A DNA stretch of 64,000 nt from Deltaproteobacteria bacterium. GTDB lineage: Bacteria > Desulfobacterota > GWC2-55-46. Location of the stretch: NCBI GenBank assembly GCA_016219015.1, contig JACRCL010000005.1, forward strand, positions 17,095-81,094, read 5' to 3'. Both the position numbers and the translations under genes were made by a program. This document shows, piece by piece, positions 22,514 to 31,733 of this stretch; positions within the stretch are counted from its first letter, which is position 1; every line of letters starts with the position of its first letter. The notes below the pieces were generated by a model, which worked only from the letters and a program-made list of their open reading frames with translations, was not told where the DNA came from and ran no database searches.

Positions 22514-23917
22514 TCAACCGACCGTATCGTATTCCCTTACCCTGAAGGAGACCCCGATGTCGTCCTCGGCCACCTTCCTGCACGCCTCGATATCCAATCC
22601 GGGGACGCTAACGACTGAGGCTATCACCTTGGGGATGAACTTCTTCGCCTCCCTCAGGAAATAAAGTATCGCCGGGTATGCGTTGTCGCCGAACGGGGTC
22701 TTTATGAGCCTCTGGTACGTGGCGGAATCGGGGGCGTTCATGCTTACGGAAATCACGTCCACGAACTTCAGCTCCGAAAGGACGTTCCTCTTATGGACGA
22801 GGTTGGCAAGCCCGTCGGTGTCTATCCTTATCCTGCACCCCTGCCTTTTAAGGAACATCCCGACCTCTTTCACGAGGTCGAGCCTTATGAGCGGCTCTCC
22901 GAAGCCGCAGAAGACTATCTCGTCGTACTTCAACGCCGGGTCAGGGCCTATGGCGGCTATGACCTCCTTGAAGTCAGGCTCTTCCCCGAGCCTCAGGTAA
23001 TGCCCTTTGACCGTGTAGGACTTGAACTTCGCGCAGAAGGTGCAGTAGTTCGAGCACCTGTTCGTGATATTCAGGTAAAGGGAGTTCCTGATTGGGTAGG
23101 CTATCTTCGCGTCCCGGGTCTTCGGGCCCATGCCGAAGAGGTCCTCGGAGTTCCGCGTCGTAATCCTGCCCACATCCTCTATCGTCAAGCCCTTTATCCG
23201 CGCTATCTCTTTCGCCGTTTCGACCACGAACGACGGCTCGTTCCTCTTGCCCCTGTGGGGTAACGGCGCGAGATACGGGCAGTCGGTCTCGATGAGGATA
23301 TTCTCTATGGGGACCTTTTTTACGACCTCCCTCAATTTATCCGCGTTCGGGAATGTGACGACCCCGGTGAACGAAAGGTAGAAGCCCATCTCAAGGGCGG
23401 CCATGGCAAGCTCCATCGAGCCTGAGAAGCAATGGAAGACCCCTCCCACCTCGTTTACGCCCTCGGACTTCAAAATTTCAAGGGTGTCATTTTCAGCCTC
23501 CCTCGTGTGGATGATGACCGGGAGGTTAAGCTCCCTCGCTAGCGTTAGGTGCCTCGCGAAGACCTCCTTCTGCCTATCCCTCGGAGAGTTGTCGTAGTGG
23601 TAGTCGAGCCCGGTCTCACCTATGGCCACGACCCGTGAGCCTTTCTGGAGGGCGAGGGAGCGTATCTCATTGAAAGGCGTCTCATCAACGGCGTCCTTCG
23701 CGTCATGCGGGTGGACGCCGAGGGCCGCGTAGATGAAGTCATAGTAGGAGAGCAACTCCGTAAGGCCGCCGAAGCCGGTCTTTTTGTTCCAGCAGCCGAC
23801 CGTGATGATGTTCTTGAGCCCGGCCTCTTTCGCCCTTTGGATAACGAGGTCCCTGTCCGTGTCGAACTTAGGGTCGTCAAGGTGGGCATGGGCGTCTATG
23901 AAAAGGGTCTTATCCAT
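22514..23917 (-). CDS. tatD: TatD-family hydrolase fused to TatD-associated radical SAM domain
   Basis: DAHAH, GETGLDY, ETDCPYL; C-terminal LYLNITNRCSNYCTFC and CGFGEP. Confidence 0.92.
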   Translation of the reverse strand: MDKTLFIDAHAHLDDPKFDTDRDLVIQRAKEAGLKNIITVGCWNKKTGFGGLTELLSYYDFIYAALGVHPHDAKDAVDETPFNEIRSLALQKGSRVVAIGETGLDYHYDNSPRDRQKEVFARHLTLARELNLPVIIHTREAENDTLEILKSEGVNEVGGVFHCFSGSMELAMAALEMGFYLSFTGVVTFPNADKLREVVKKVPIENILIETDCPYLAPLPHRGKRNEPSFVVETAKEIARIKGLTIEDVGRITTRNSEDLFGMGPKTRDAKIAYPIRNSLYLNITNRCSNYCTFCAKFKSYTVKGHYLRLGEEPDFKEVIAAIGPDPALKYDEIVFCGFGEPLIRLDLVKEVGMFLKRQGCRIRIDTDGLANLVHKRNVLSELKFVDVISVSMNAPDSATYQRLIKTPFGDNAYPAILYFLREAKKFIPKVIASVVSVPGLDIEACRKVAEDDIGVSFRVREYDTVG

Positions 23918-23951
23918 AAAAAATTAGGCAACTCCGATTTAATTCACAGCA

Positions 23952-24034
23952 TGTCATTCTGAGCGCAGCGAAGAATCTCGTATTTAGACAAAAACATACA
24001 GATTCTTCGGTCGCTACGCTCCCTCAGAATGACA
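23952..24034. repeat. GTCATTCTGAG-type REP-like palindrome, copy 2
   Basis: TGTCATTCTGAGC...CTCAGAATGACA inside outer inverted repeats at ~23923-24053. Confidence 0.85.
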
Positions 24035-24083
24035 ATTAATCAGAGTTTCCTTAATACCAGTTAAAAGAAATGAGGTCATTCTT

Positions 24084-25682
24084 TTATTGCTGTATCCTCG
24101 GGAAGAGCGGCGGTAGCTTTTTTATCTGTTTGCCCGCCTTGCCTTTCCCGAACCTGACCTCATTTTCAAAGGAGCAGGCGGAGATATCACCCTCCACCCC
24201 GAGTCCCTCCCAGACCTTTTGGGCCGAGGCGGGCATGAACGGATATATATATACGGCCAATATCCTCAGCCCCTCGGCGAGCGTATAGAGGACATTGGAG
24301 AGCGTCTCTTCGTCCTTTTCTTTCGCGAGCTTCCACGGAGCGGACTTATCGACATAGACGTTCATATTCCTTACTACAACCCATATCTGCTCCAGTGCGT
24401 CACTGAACTTAAGCTCATCCATCAGCTTATCGAAATTCTTCCATTTGCTCCCTTTATATTCTCCGCTATACAAGGTTACTTCGAACAATTTCCTTATAAA
24501 CTCTTCGCTGGCCCGGCCTTCCGCCGCTTCGCTTTCGGGCCTGTCCATGGCCTCAACCCGCTCCGGCACCACGCCTCCCCTGTACTTCTCTATCATGGAG
24601 ACGGACCTGCTCAAGAGGTTGCCGAAGTCGTTGGCCAGGTCGCTGTTTATCCTGCCTTCGAGGGCCTTTATCGAAAAATCCCCGTCCACCCCGAAAGGGA
24701 CCTCCCTTAAGAGGAAGTACCTGAACTGGTCCACGCCGTATCTGGATATCATCTCGTTCGGGTCGACGACGTTGCCTTTTGACTTGCTCATCTTGGCCCC
24801 GTCCACGGTCCACCACCCGTGGGCGAAGACCTTGCCCGGCAGAGGCAGCCCGGCGGCCATGAGGAAGGCCGGCCAGTAGACGGTATGGAACCTCAGGATG
24901 TCCTTGCCTATTATGTGGAGGTCGGCAGGCCAGAAGATGTTCCTGCCGCTCTCCAGCGGGTATCCCGTGGCCGTCAGGTAGTTCGTGAGCGCGTCGAACC
25001 AGACGTACATTATGTGCCTCGGGTCTTCCGGCACTGGTATGCCCCAGGAGAAGGTCGTCCTGCTGACGGACAAGTCCCTGAGACCATCCCTTACGAAACT
25101 TACTATCTCATTTCTTCTGTTCTGCGGCTCGATGAATCCGGGGTGGGCTTCGAAATATTTAAGGAGCGGCTCGCCGTATTTCGAGAGCTTGAAGAAATAG
25201 CTCGGCTCTTTCAGTTTCTCCACCGGCCTGCCGCAGTCGGGGCACCTGCCGTCCTTCAGCTGTGTCTCGGTAAGGAAGTTCTCGTCCGCGGTGCAGTACC
25301 AGTCCTCGTACTCGCCGAGGTAGATATCGCCCCTGCCCCTTACCTCTTCCCAGAGGCGCGTTACGGCCTGCCTGTGCCTGTCTTCTGTCGTCCTTATGAA
25401 GTCGTCGTTGGATATGTTGAGCCTTGCCCAGAGGTCCTTGAACCTTACCATTACGTTATCGGCGAATTCAAGCGGCCTTACATTCGCGCGCTCCGCGGCC
25501 TTCTCGACCTTCTGGCCGTGCTCGTCGGTCCCGGTCAGGAATAATACTTGATAGCCCTTGAGCCTCCTGTACCTCGCGATAACGTCCGCGGCCACGGTCG
25601 TATAGGCGTGCCCAATGTGGGGGACGTCGTTGACGTAATATATGGGTGTGGTGATGTAAAAGGTCTCTTTCCTGTCCGGCAT
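24084..25682 (-). CDS. metG: Methionyl-tRNA synthetase (short form)
   Basis: ITTPIYYVN, HIGH, KMSKS; no C-terminal tRNA-binding domain; start set at MPDRK. Confidence 0.96.
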   Translation of the reverse strand: MPDRKETFYITTPIYYVNDVPHIGHAYTTVAADVIARYRRLKGYQVLFLTGTDEHGQKVEKAAERANVRPLEFADNVMVRFKDLWARLNISNDDFIRTTEDRHRQAVTRLWEEVRGRGDIYLGEYEDWYCTADENFLTETQLKDGRCPDCGRPVEKLKEPSYFFKLSKYGEPLLKYFEAHPGFIEPQNRRNEIVSFVRDGLRDLSVSRTTFSWGIPVPEDPRHIMYVWFDALTNYLTATGYPLESGRNIFWPADLHIIGKDILRFHTVYWPAFLMAAGLPLPGKVFAHGWWTVDGAKMSKSKGNVVDPNEMISRYGVDQFRYFLLREVPFGVDGDFSIKALEGRINSDLANDFGNLLSRSVSMIEKYRGGVVPERVEAMDRPESEAAEGRASEEFIRKLFEVTLYSGEYKGSKWKNFDKLMDELKFSDALEQIWVVVRNMNVYVDKSAPWKLAKEKDEETLSNVLYTLAEGLRILAVYIYPFMPASAQKVWEGLGVEGDISACSFENEVRFGKGKAGKQIKKLPPLFPRIQQ

Positions 25683-25689
25683 CCTTCCT

Positions 25690-26478
25690 TTAAGCCCCTT
25701 CCGTGGAGTCCTGCCGGCCGCCATCCTTGCCCTGCCCGTCTTCTTTCCCGTTCTTTCCGTTATGGCCGTCGTGCCCGTTATGCCCGCCGCAGCCCGAGCA
25801 CCCGCCCCCGTCCTTGCCCTGCCTCGCGCCCTTTTCGTTCTGGTACATCTGGTGCTCGTAGCTCAGGCAGCACATCAGCCTGCCGCAGATGCCGGATATC
25901 TTGACCGGGTTCAGGGCAAGGTTCTGCTCCTTCGCCATCTTTATCGTAACAGGCTCGAAGTCCGAGAGGAAACCGGAGCAGCATAGCTCCCTGCCGCACG
26001 GCCCGAGCCCGCCTACCATCTTCGCCTCGTCCCTCACCCCGATCTGGCGCATCTCGATCCTCGTATGGAACCCGGCGGCGAGGTCTTTTACCAGCTCCCT
26101 GAAGTCCACCCGGGTCTCGGAGGTGAAGTAGAATATCGCTTTGCTCGAATCAAAGAGGTACTCCACCCTTATGAGCTTCATAGGGAGCCTGTAATGGGCT
26201 ATCTTTTCCCTGCATATCCTGAACGCATCGTTCTCGCGCTCGGTGTTGAACCCGTGCCTCTCCATATCGACCGCGTCGGCCTTGCGGACGACCTTCTTCA
26301 AGGGGCGCACGAGCGCGGCAGGGTCGGCCTCTTTAGGCCTGTACGCGACGACGCCCATGCCGAGCCCCTTTTCGACCTCGACTATGACCGTCTCTCCGGG
26401 GTTCAGTTCCAGCCCGTTCGTGTCGAAGTCATAGACCTTGCAAGCCTTCTTGAACCTTACACCCGCTATCTTAACCAT
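25690..26478 (-). CDS. ricT: PSP1/RicT (YaaT) family protein
   Basis: RVDFRELVKDL, GPCGRELCC, SGICGRLMCCL. Confidence 0.92.
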   Translation of the reverse strand: MVKIAGVRFKKACKVYDFDTNGLELNPGETVIVEVEKGLGMGVVAYRPKEADPAALVRPLKKVVRKADAVDMERHGFNTERENDAFRICREKIAHYRLPMKLIRVEYLFDSSKAIFYFTSETRVDFRELVKDLAAGFHTRIEMRQIGVRDEAKMVGGLGPCGRELCCSGFLSDFEPVTIKMAKEQNLALNPVKISGICGRLMCCLSYEHQMYQNEKGARQGKDGGGCSGCGGHNGHDGHNGKNGKEDGQGKDGGRQDSTEGA

Positions 26479-26504
26479 TAAGGACCTCTTTTCCTTTTTT
26501 CCTC

Positions 26505-26545
26505 AGGCTGCTGAAAAAGTCCATCTGCCGCGTTATCTTCGCCGC
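26505..26545. repeat. Truncated family-A repeat
   Basis: AGGCTGCTGAAAAAGTCCATCTGC, one end only. Confidence 0.75.
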
Positions 26546-26607
26546 TTCCCCTCCCATCAAGGGAGGGGAGATTTTGATACCCTGCAGCAAGCTGCAGGGT
26601 TGTTTCA

Positions 26608-27603
26608 TTACGCGCGCGCGGAGATGTTCAGGAACAGCGCCTCTAACGTCAGCTGCTTGTTCGCGTACCTCGGGGGCATTATCGAGCGCTTCGCCCCCTC
26701 GACCATCGAATAAACGTCCCAGAGCTCCCTTGACCCGCTGTCCTTGTCGAAATGGCCCGCGAAGTCCGAGTTGACCACAAGCCCGCCCGCGCCTTCCATG
26801 TATACGGCCTTGTCCCTGTACCAGCCCTTTATGAACTCGAGCACCTCTTCGAGGTCGTCCCTCCTTGAAAGCTCCTCGGCGAGCCTTATGGCCTCGTCGG
26901 TATCGCCCGGCTCTATCGACAGAAGCCGCATGAGTACCTCTTTCCTCTTCTCGTTCGCCCCTGCCTCAAGGTAACTGAAGGCCGCCGAGACGCTCCCCCC
27001 GGAGGCCCTGGCGACGCTCTGGGCCTCTCCGGCCGGAAGGCCCCTCTTGTCCGCGAGAAAACCCGAGAGCGCGTCGATCGGCAGGGGGCGGAAGTTGACC
27101 CTCTGGCACCTTGAGATTATCGTCGGAAGCAGCTCGCTCGGGCGCGACGAGATAAGTATTATCATCGACCCTGCCGGCGGCTCCTCGAGCGTCTTCAGAA
27201 AGGCGTTGGCGGCCTGCGCCATGAACCTCTCGGCCGAGTCTACAACAACCACCCGTGTCCCGCTCTCGACCCTGTACTTTACCGCGTTCTGTATCTCCCT
27301 TACCTGGTCCACCCTGATAAGCCCGGCGTCGTCCCGCTCGCCGTCCCTGTCGGTAGGCCATACCTGCAAGAGGTTGGTGTGGACGCCCCTTTCCATCCTC
27401 TCGCAGTCAAGGCAGGTACCGCAGGGTTCGCCTTCCAGAGGGCGCTGGCAGTTCAGGGCGGCGGCAAAGGCGAGGGCGGCCTTCCTTTTGCCGATGCCTT
27501 CGGGGCCTGAAAAGAGATAGGAATGCGCTACCCTTTTATTAAGGATGGCGCCCTTTATTATCTCTATCTCCCTTGTGTGGCCTATTATGTCTTTGAAAGG
27601 CAT
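26608..27603 (-). CDS. holB: DNA polymerase III delta' subunit
   Basis: GPEGIGK, Zn cysteines, ANAFLKTLEEPP, TIISRCQ. Confidence 0.95.
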   Translation of the reverse strand: MPFKDIIGHTREIEIIKGAILNKRVAHSYLFSGPEGIGKRKAALAFAAALNCQRPLEGEPCGTCLDCERMERGVHTNLLQVWPTDRDGERDDAGLIRVDQVREIQNAVKYRVESGTRVVVVDSAERFMAQAANAFLKTLEEPPAGSMIILISSRPSELLPTIISRCQRVNFRPLPIDALSGFLADKRGLPAGEAQSVARASGGSVSAAFSYLEAGANEKRKEVLMRLLSIEPGDTDEAIRLAEELSRRDDLEEVLEFIKGWYRDKAVYMEGAGGLVVNSDFAGHFDKDSGSRELWDVYSMVEGAKRSIMPPRYANKQLTLEALFLNISARA

Positions 27604-27638
27604 ATCTGCCCTACAGTCCTCTCATTATAATACCACAT

Positions 27639-27677
27639 GGCTGCCTCTAAAAATTAGAACAATTTTTAGAGGCAGCC
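27639..27677. mobile_element. 39-bp palindromic micro-MITE with ACAT target duplication
   Basis: GGCTGCCTCTAAAAATT-agaac-AATTTTTAGAGGCAGCC flanked by ACAT (27635-38 and 27678-81). Confidence 0.8.
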
Positions 27678-28283
27678 ACATATCTCTTCATGAATCGAAG
27701 CTATCTCACGGGCCGCGGCTATCACCCTGACCCTTTTGGGGTCGTTCGCGGCTATCGAAAGGTAGCCGTCCCTCACCCTCCCGTGGAAGGCAAGGTCCTC
27801 TTTCTCGAAGCGGTCCTCCCTCGCGCCCTTCTTCTCTTTTATCCTCGACAGCGCCCTTTCAAGGCCCACCTCGATGTCGCAGTCGATGAGGAAGGTGATA
27901 TCAGGCTTCAATCCGCCTGTCGCGAGCCTGTTAAGGCCTTCTATGGTCTTTATGTCGAGCCCCCTGCCGAAGCCCTGGTAGGCTACGGTGGAGTCAGTAA
28001 ACCTGTCGCAGACGACGGTCTTTCCGGCTTCGAGCGCGGGCCTTATGACGTTTTTGACGAGCTGGGCCCTGCACGCCTCATAAAGGAAGAGCTCGGCCCA
28101 CGGGTCAACGGGCTCCTGTTTGGAATCGAGGAGTATCGCCCTCACCCTCTCGCCCAGGGCCGTGCCGCCCGGCTCCCGCACGCTAAGGACTTTCCTCCCC
28201 TTTTTCTCAAGGAAGGACTTAAGCAGCTCCATCTGGGTAGACTTGCCGCACCCCTCGACTCCTTCGAAAGTTATGAAAGCCAA
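27666..28283 (-). CDS. tmk: Thymidylate kinase
   Basis: FITFEGVEGCGKSTQ, REPGGT, DRFTDST; TTG start inferred at 28283. Confidence 0.95.
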   Translation of the reverse strand: MAFITFEGVEGCGKSTQMELLKSFLEKKGRKVLSVREPGGTALGERVRAILLDSKQEPVDPWAELFLYEACRAQLVKNVIRPALEAGKTVVCDRFTDSTVAYQGFGRGLDIKTIEGLNRLATGGLKPDITFLIDCDIEVGLERALSRIKEKKGAREDRFEKEDLAFHGRVRDGYLSIAANDPKRVRVIAAAREIASIHEEICGCL

Positions 28284-28298
28284 TCCAATGCCCCCAGC

Positions 28299-28419
28299 AG
28301 GCTGCTGAAAAAGTCCATCTGCTTTGTTGTCTTCGTCGCTCATCATTGCGACGTACGAACAGAGTACGTCTCATGCCTCGCTCCTTGACGCCTCGCATCT
28401 GGAGCTTTTTGAGCAGCCT
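28299..28419. repeat. Family-A MITE-like repeat
   Basis: Same termini and body as 13676 and 63291. Confidence 0.9.
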
Positions 28420-28514
28420 GAAAAAATTTTGAGTTTTAAGGCGACCTTTTAGAGAAAATCGACTCATATTACAGTAAAAGGGGAGGCTAAGCAAGCTATT
28501 ATCAAACTTTCGTC

Positions 28515-28543
28515 TTGACATTCTACAGGTTGTCGAATATTAT
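28515..28543 (+). promoter_or_regulatory. sigma70 promoter with palindromic operator as spacer
   Basis: TTGACA-ttctacaggttgtcgaa (17 bp)-TATTAT. Confidence 0.8.
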
Positions 28544-28570
28544 GGGAGGTATGAAGGCCAGGCTTTGAAA

Positions 28571-28990
28571 ATGGAAAATACCATCAGGTCAAAGGACAAC
28601 CCCGGAAAGATACTCGGCCGCCTCGAACAGGAGATACTCGAAGTCCTCTGGGCAAGGGGCGAGGCTACAGGAAAGGCCGTTTTTTCCGAAATAAAAGGGA
28701 CGAGGGAGATCGCCCTCACAACGGTACTTACCGTGCTTGAGCGGCTCTGTAAAAAGGGCTTCGTCAAAAGGACAAAGGGCGACAGCGTCTATATATTCAG
28801 TCCGGCTTACACAAAAGAGGGTTTCGCAAAAGAGGTATCGGGCGAAGTGCTAAGGGGCATCTTCGAGATATCGAGGAGCGGGGCCTGCGCGTCGTTCGTG
28901 GACACCCTCGCTGATACCGACCCTGTCGAGCTCGACAGGCTCTCGGTCCTCATAGAGAAGAAGAAAAAGGAGCTTGAAAGGAAGAGGTAG
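28571..28990 (+). CDS. BlaI/MecI/CopY family repressor
   Basis: LGRLEQEILEVLW, LTTVLTVLERLCKKGFV winged helix. Confidence 0.92.
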   Translation: MENTIRSKDNPGKILGRLEQEILEVLWARGEATGKAVFSEIKGTREIALTTVLTVLERLCKKGFVKRTKGDSVYIFSPAYTKEGFAKEVSGEVLRGIFEISRSGACASFVDTLADTDPVELDRLSVLIEKKKKELERKR

Positions 28991-29913
28991 TGGCTATCCA
29001 CCCCCTGTTAATGGTATTGAGCCTCGCCTTCGGCGTGCTTGCGTGGGGTGCCTATGGCCTGCCCGCCCTCCTTTCCGCGACATATACGATAGCGGACTTC
29101 TGCCAGTCTATATTCATAAGGTGCCTCGGCTACGCCGAGATATTGAAGTTCCTATTCATCTGGTCTGGCGCGTCCATTGTAATACTGGGGCTTGCGTACG
29201 GGGCCTTCCGGAACATGACGCGCCTTTCGAGGGCGAATAAGGCCGTAAAGGGCCTGCCGCTGGGCAAGAGGGCCGGGGCATTGATACTTATAGACGACGC
29301 GTCGAAGATAGCCTTTACCCACGGCCTTATCCGCCCTAAGATATACATCTCAAGGGGCCTGCTGAACGGGCTTGAAAAAGGTGAGCTTAAGGCCGTATTC
29401 CTCCACGAGCTCCATCACAGGAAGAGGTTCGACCCGCTCAGGTTCTTCGTCCTGTCGCTCCTAAAGGACTCCTTTTTCTATCTGCCCGTCATAAAGCACT
29501 TTATCGACAATATCCGCATCATAAAAGAACACGAGGCCGACGACGCGGCGGCCGCCTCGGCCATCGGCAGGCTCAACCTTGCCGGGGCGCTTATAAAGGT
29601 AGCGTCGCATAACAGGTTCGCGTTCATCCCCGCCTCTATCACTGGCGGCAGCCCCGTTGCCGCGAGGATAAGGAGGCTCGTCGAAGGCAAAGAGGTGAAA
29701 CTCCCTTTTCCGGGCCTGAAGGCGGTTGCGTTGAGCGCTGCCGCAGCCGTCTTCCTTACGCTTTCGCTGACCCTGCCCCTTTCCGCGGCCAATATAACTG
29801 CAAAGAAAGAGTGCACGACAAGCCACTGCTCAATGCACATCGACAGGCTCGGGAAGAGCTGCAAGACGCACTGCGACGTACGTTCAGGCCATAGCCACCA
29901 CGACCACCACTGA
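28990..29913 (+). CDS. M56 (BlaR1-like) membrane metalloprotease with Cys/His-rich tail
   Basis: AFTHGLIRPKIYIS, HELHH, EHEAD; TM segments. Confidence 0.88.
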   Translation: MAIHPLLMVLSLAFGVLAWGAYGLPALLSATYTIADFCQSIFIRCLGYAEILKFLFIWSGASIVILGLAYGAFRNMTRLSRANKAVKGLPLGKRAGALILIDDASKIAFTHGLIRPKIYISRGLLNGLEKGELKAVFLHELHHRKRFDPLRFFVLSLLKDSFFYLPVIKHFIDNIRIIKEHEADDAAAASAIGRLNLAGALIKVASHNRFAFIPASITGGSPVAARIRRLVEGKEVKLPFPGLKAVALSAAAAVFLTLSLTLPLSAANITAKKECTTSHCSMHIDRLGKSCKTHCDVRSGHSHHDHH

Positions 29914-29932
29914 AATTTTTTTTGCCCGATAA

Positions 29933-29949
29933 TTCTACCTTATGTAGAA
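29933..29949. promoter_or_regulatory. Second copy of the putative BlaI/CopY operator
   Basis: TTCTAC-cttat-GTAGAA, matching 28521-28537. Confidence 0.7.
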
Positions 29950-29965
29950 CAAAGGAGACTGTAAA

Positions 29966-30361
29966 ATGGGGATAAGAAGGCTTTCAAACGCGCTCGCCGT
30001 CTGCTTTTTCGTCGCCTTGTTTTTAGCGCCCTTGAGCAAGGTCTACGGGGCAGAGCTGGTAAAGACGGATAACGGGATAAAGGCGGCCCTAAAGATAGAC
30101 GCCGCGGGGTCGATGACAGACCTTTACCTCTACGACCTTTCAAAGGCGCTGAGACCCATAAAAGAGGCGAAGGTCTTCGCCACCATCACTTCCCCCGGCG
30201 GGAAGAAGGTTGAAAAGGAGCTTATGGGCATGGAGATGGGCAAGACCTTCTCCTTCATGTCCGCGCTCGACATGAGTGAGAAAGGACGCTATATTTTCGA
30301 TATCAGGGTCGAGGCCGATAAAAAAACCGCCAAATTCAGTTTTATTTATGATAATAGATGA
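29966..30361 (+). CDS. Exported hypothetical protein (possibly YtkA/Ig-like, Met cluster)
   Basis: Signal peptide, beta-rich, LMGMEMG; SD AAGGAG. Confidence 0.7.
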   Translation: MGIRRLSNALAVCFFVALFLAPLSKVYGAELVKTDNGIKAALKIDAAGSMTDLYLYDLSKALRPIKEAKVFATITSPGGKKVEKELMGMEMGKTFSFMSALDMSEKGRYIFDIRVEADKKTAKFSFIYDNR

Positions 30362-30410
30362 GCTTCCTTTCTCTTCTTGACTGTGGACAATAGACCCGAA
30401 GGAGACGCCT

Positions 30411-31733
30411 GTGCGGATAAGTTCTTTAAGGTCCTGGTCCAGGGTATCCCTCCTTGCCATCTTGTCCGTATCCGTTTTGTTTGCGCCAATGCGGGCAAAG
30501 GCCGAGACGATCACCCTTCCGGAGCTTCTGAAAGAGGCGCGCGAGAATAACCCGGAGATAAAGGCCTTTGCCGAGCGGATAAAGGCAAGGGAGGCGCGCG
30601 CGAGCGCGGAAGGCAGGCTCGACGACCCGACGCTGAAGATAGAGATGGAAGACCTTTCCAAAGACCATCCGCTGAACATCTCTCCGGGTAACGCCATGCT
30701 CACCAGGTATACCGTAGCCCAGATGTTCCCGTTCCCCGGCAAACTGCCGCTCAAGGAAAAGATAGCCCTTAAAGAGGCGCGCACCGCCCGCTCGGAGCTC
30801 GACGCCAAGGAGCTTGAAATCGCCTCTATGGTCAAGGAGGCCTTTTTCGACTATTCCTTCATAACGGAGGCGATAAAAAGGACGGTGGAGATAAAAGGGC
30901 TCCTCTCTCAGATGGCGGAGATAGCAGGGACAAGGTACTCTACCGGCCACGTCTCCCAGCAGGATGTGATAAAGGTCAACTTCGAATCCTCCATGATAGA
31001 AAACGACGTCATCACCCTTGAGGCGGAAAAGGGCATAGCCGGGGCTAAGCTCAAATCCTTGCTGAACAGGCCGCAGGACTCCGCGCTCGGCGAGGCCGCC
31101 CCGCTTTCAAAGGAGAAGGCGGCTTTCGACGCCGGCGAGCTTATAAAGACGGCGCTTGAGAAGAACCCGGAGCTGAAGATGCTCGAATCGGACGCCGAGG
31201 CTAACGAACTCGGGGCCGAGCTGGCGAAAAAGGACTATTACCCGGACTTCATGGTAGGCGTGGCCCCCATACAGAGGGACGGCAGGTTCGACAGCTACGA
31301 CCTCATGTTCCAGATCAATATACCGATATGGAGGGGCAAGTACAGGAGCCGGACCGACGAGGCGCGCTCCAACGCCGTCTTCTCAAGGACAAGGCTCCTG
31401 TCCGAGAAGAACACCAAAGGCTTCGAGGTGAAGAGCGCGGCCCTGCAGGTCGAGGCCGCCCGGAGGACGGCCGAGCTTTTCGAGACCAGCCTCATCCCCC
31501 AGGTGGAACTCTCGTTCGAGTCCGCGCTCCGGAACTACTCGTCGGGGAAGACCGATTTCATCGCGCTCCTTGACACCGAAAGGGAATTGAAGAAGGCCCG
31601 TATAGATTATCTGAAGGCCCTCCTCGAATACCGCAAAAAAGTAGCGGCCCTTGAAAAGATAGTCGGCTCGGACTTCACGCCCGCCGCGGCAAAGGCCCCG
31701 GAGCCGGGCCTTGCAATGGGAGGAGCGAGATGA
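30411..31733 (+). CDS. TolC-family outer membrane efflux protein (CusC-like)
   Basis: Signal peptide, two OEP repeats, QMFPFPGK. Confidence 0.9.
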   Translation: MRISSLRSWSRVSLLAILSVSVLFAPMRAKAETITLPELLKEARENNPEIKAFAERIKAREARASAEGRLDDPTLKIEMEDLSKDHPLNISPGNAMLTRYTVAQMFPFPGKLPLKEKIALKEARTARSELDAKELEIASMVKEAFFDYSFITEAIKRTVEIKGLLSQMAEIAGTRYSTGHVSQQDVIKVNFESSMIENDVITLEAEKGIAGAKLKSLLNRPQDSALGEAAPLSKEKAAFDAGELIKTALEKNPELKMLESDAEANELGAELAKKDYYPDFMVGVAPIQRDGRFDSYDLMFQINIPIWRGKYRSRTDEARSNAVFSRTRLLSEKNTKGFEVKSAALQVEAARRTAELFETSLIPQVELSFESALRNYSSGKTDFIALLDTERELKKARIDYLKALLEYRKKVAALEKIVGSDFTPAAAKAPEPGLAMGGAR

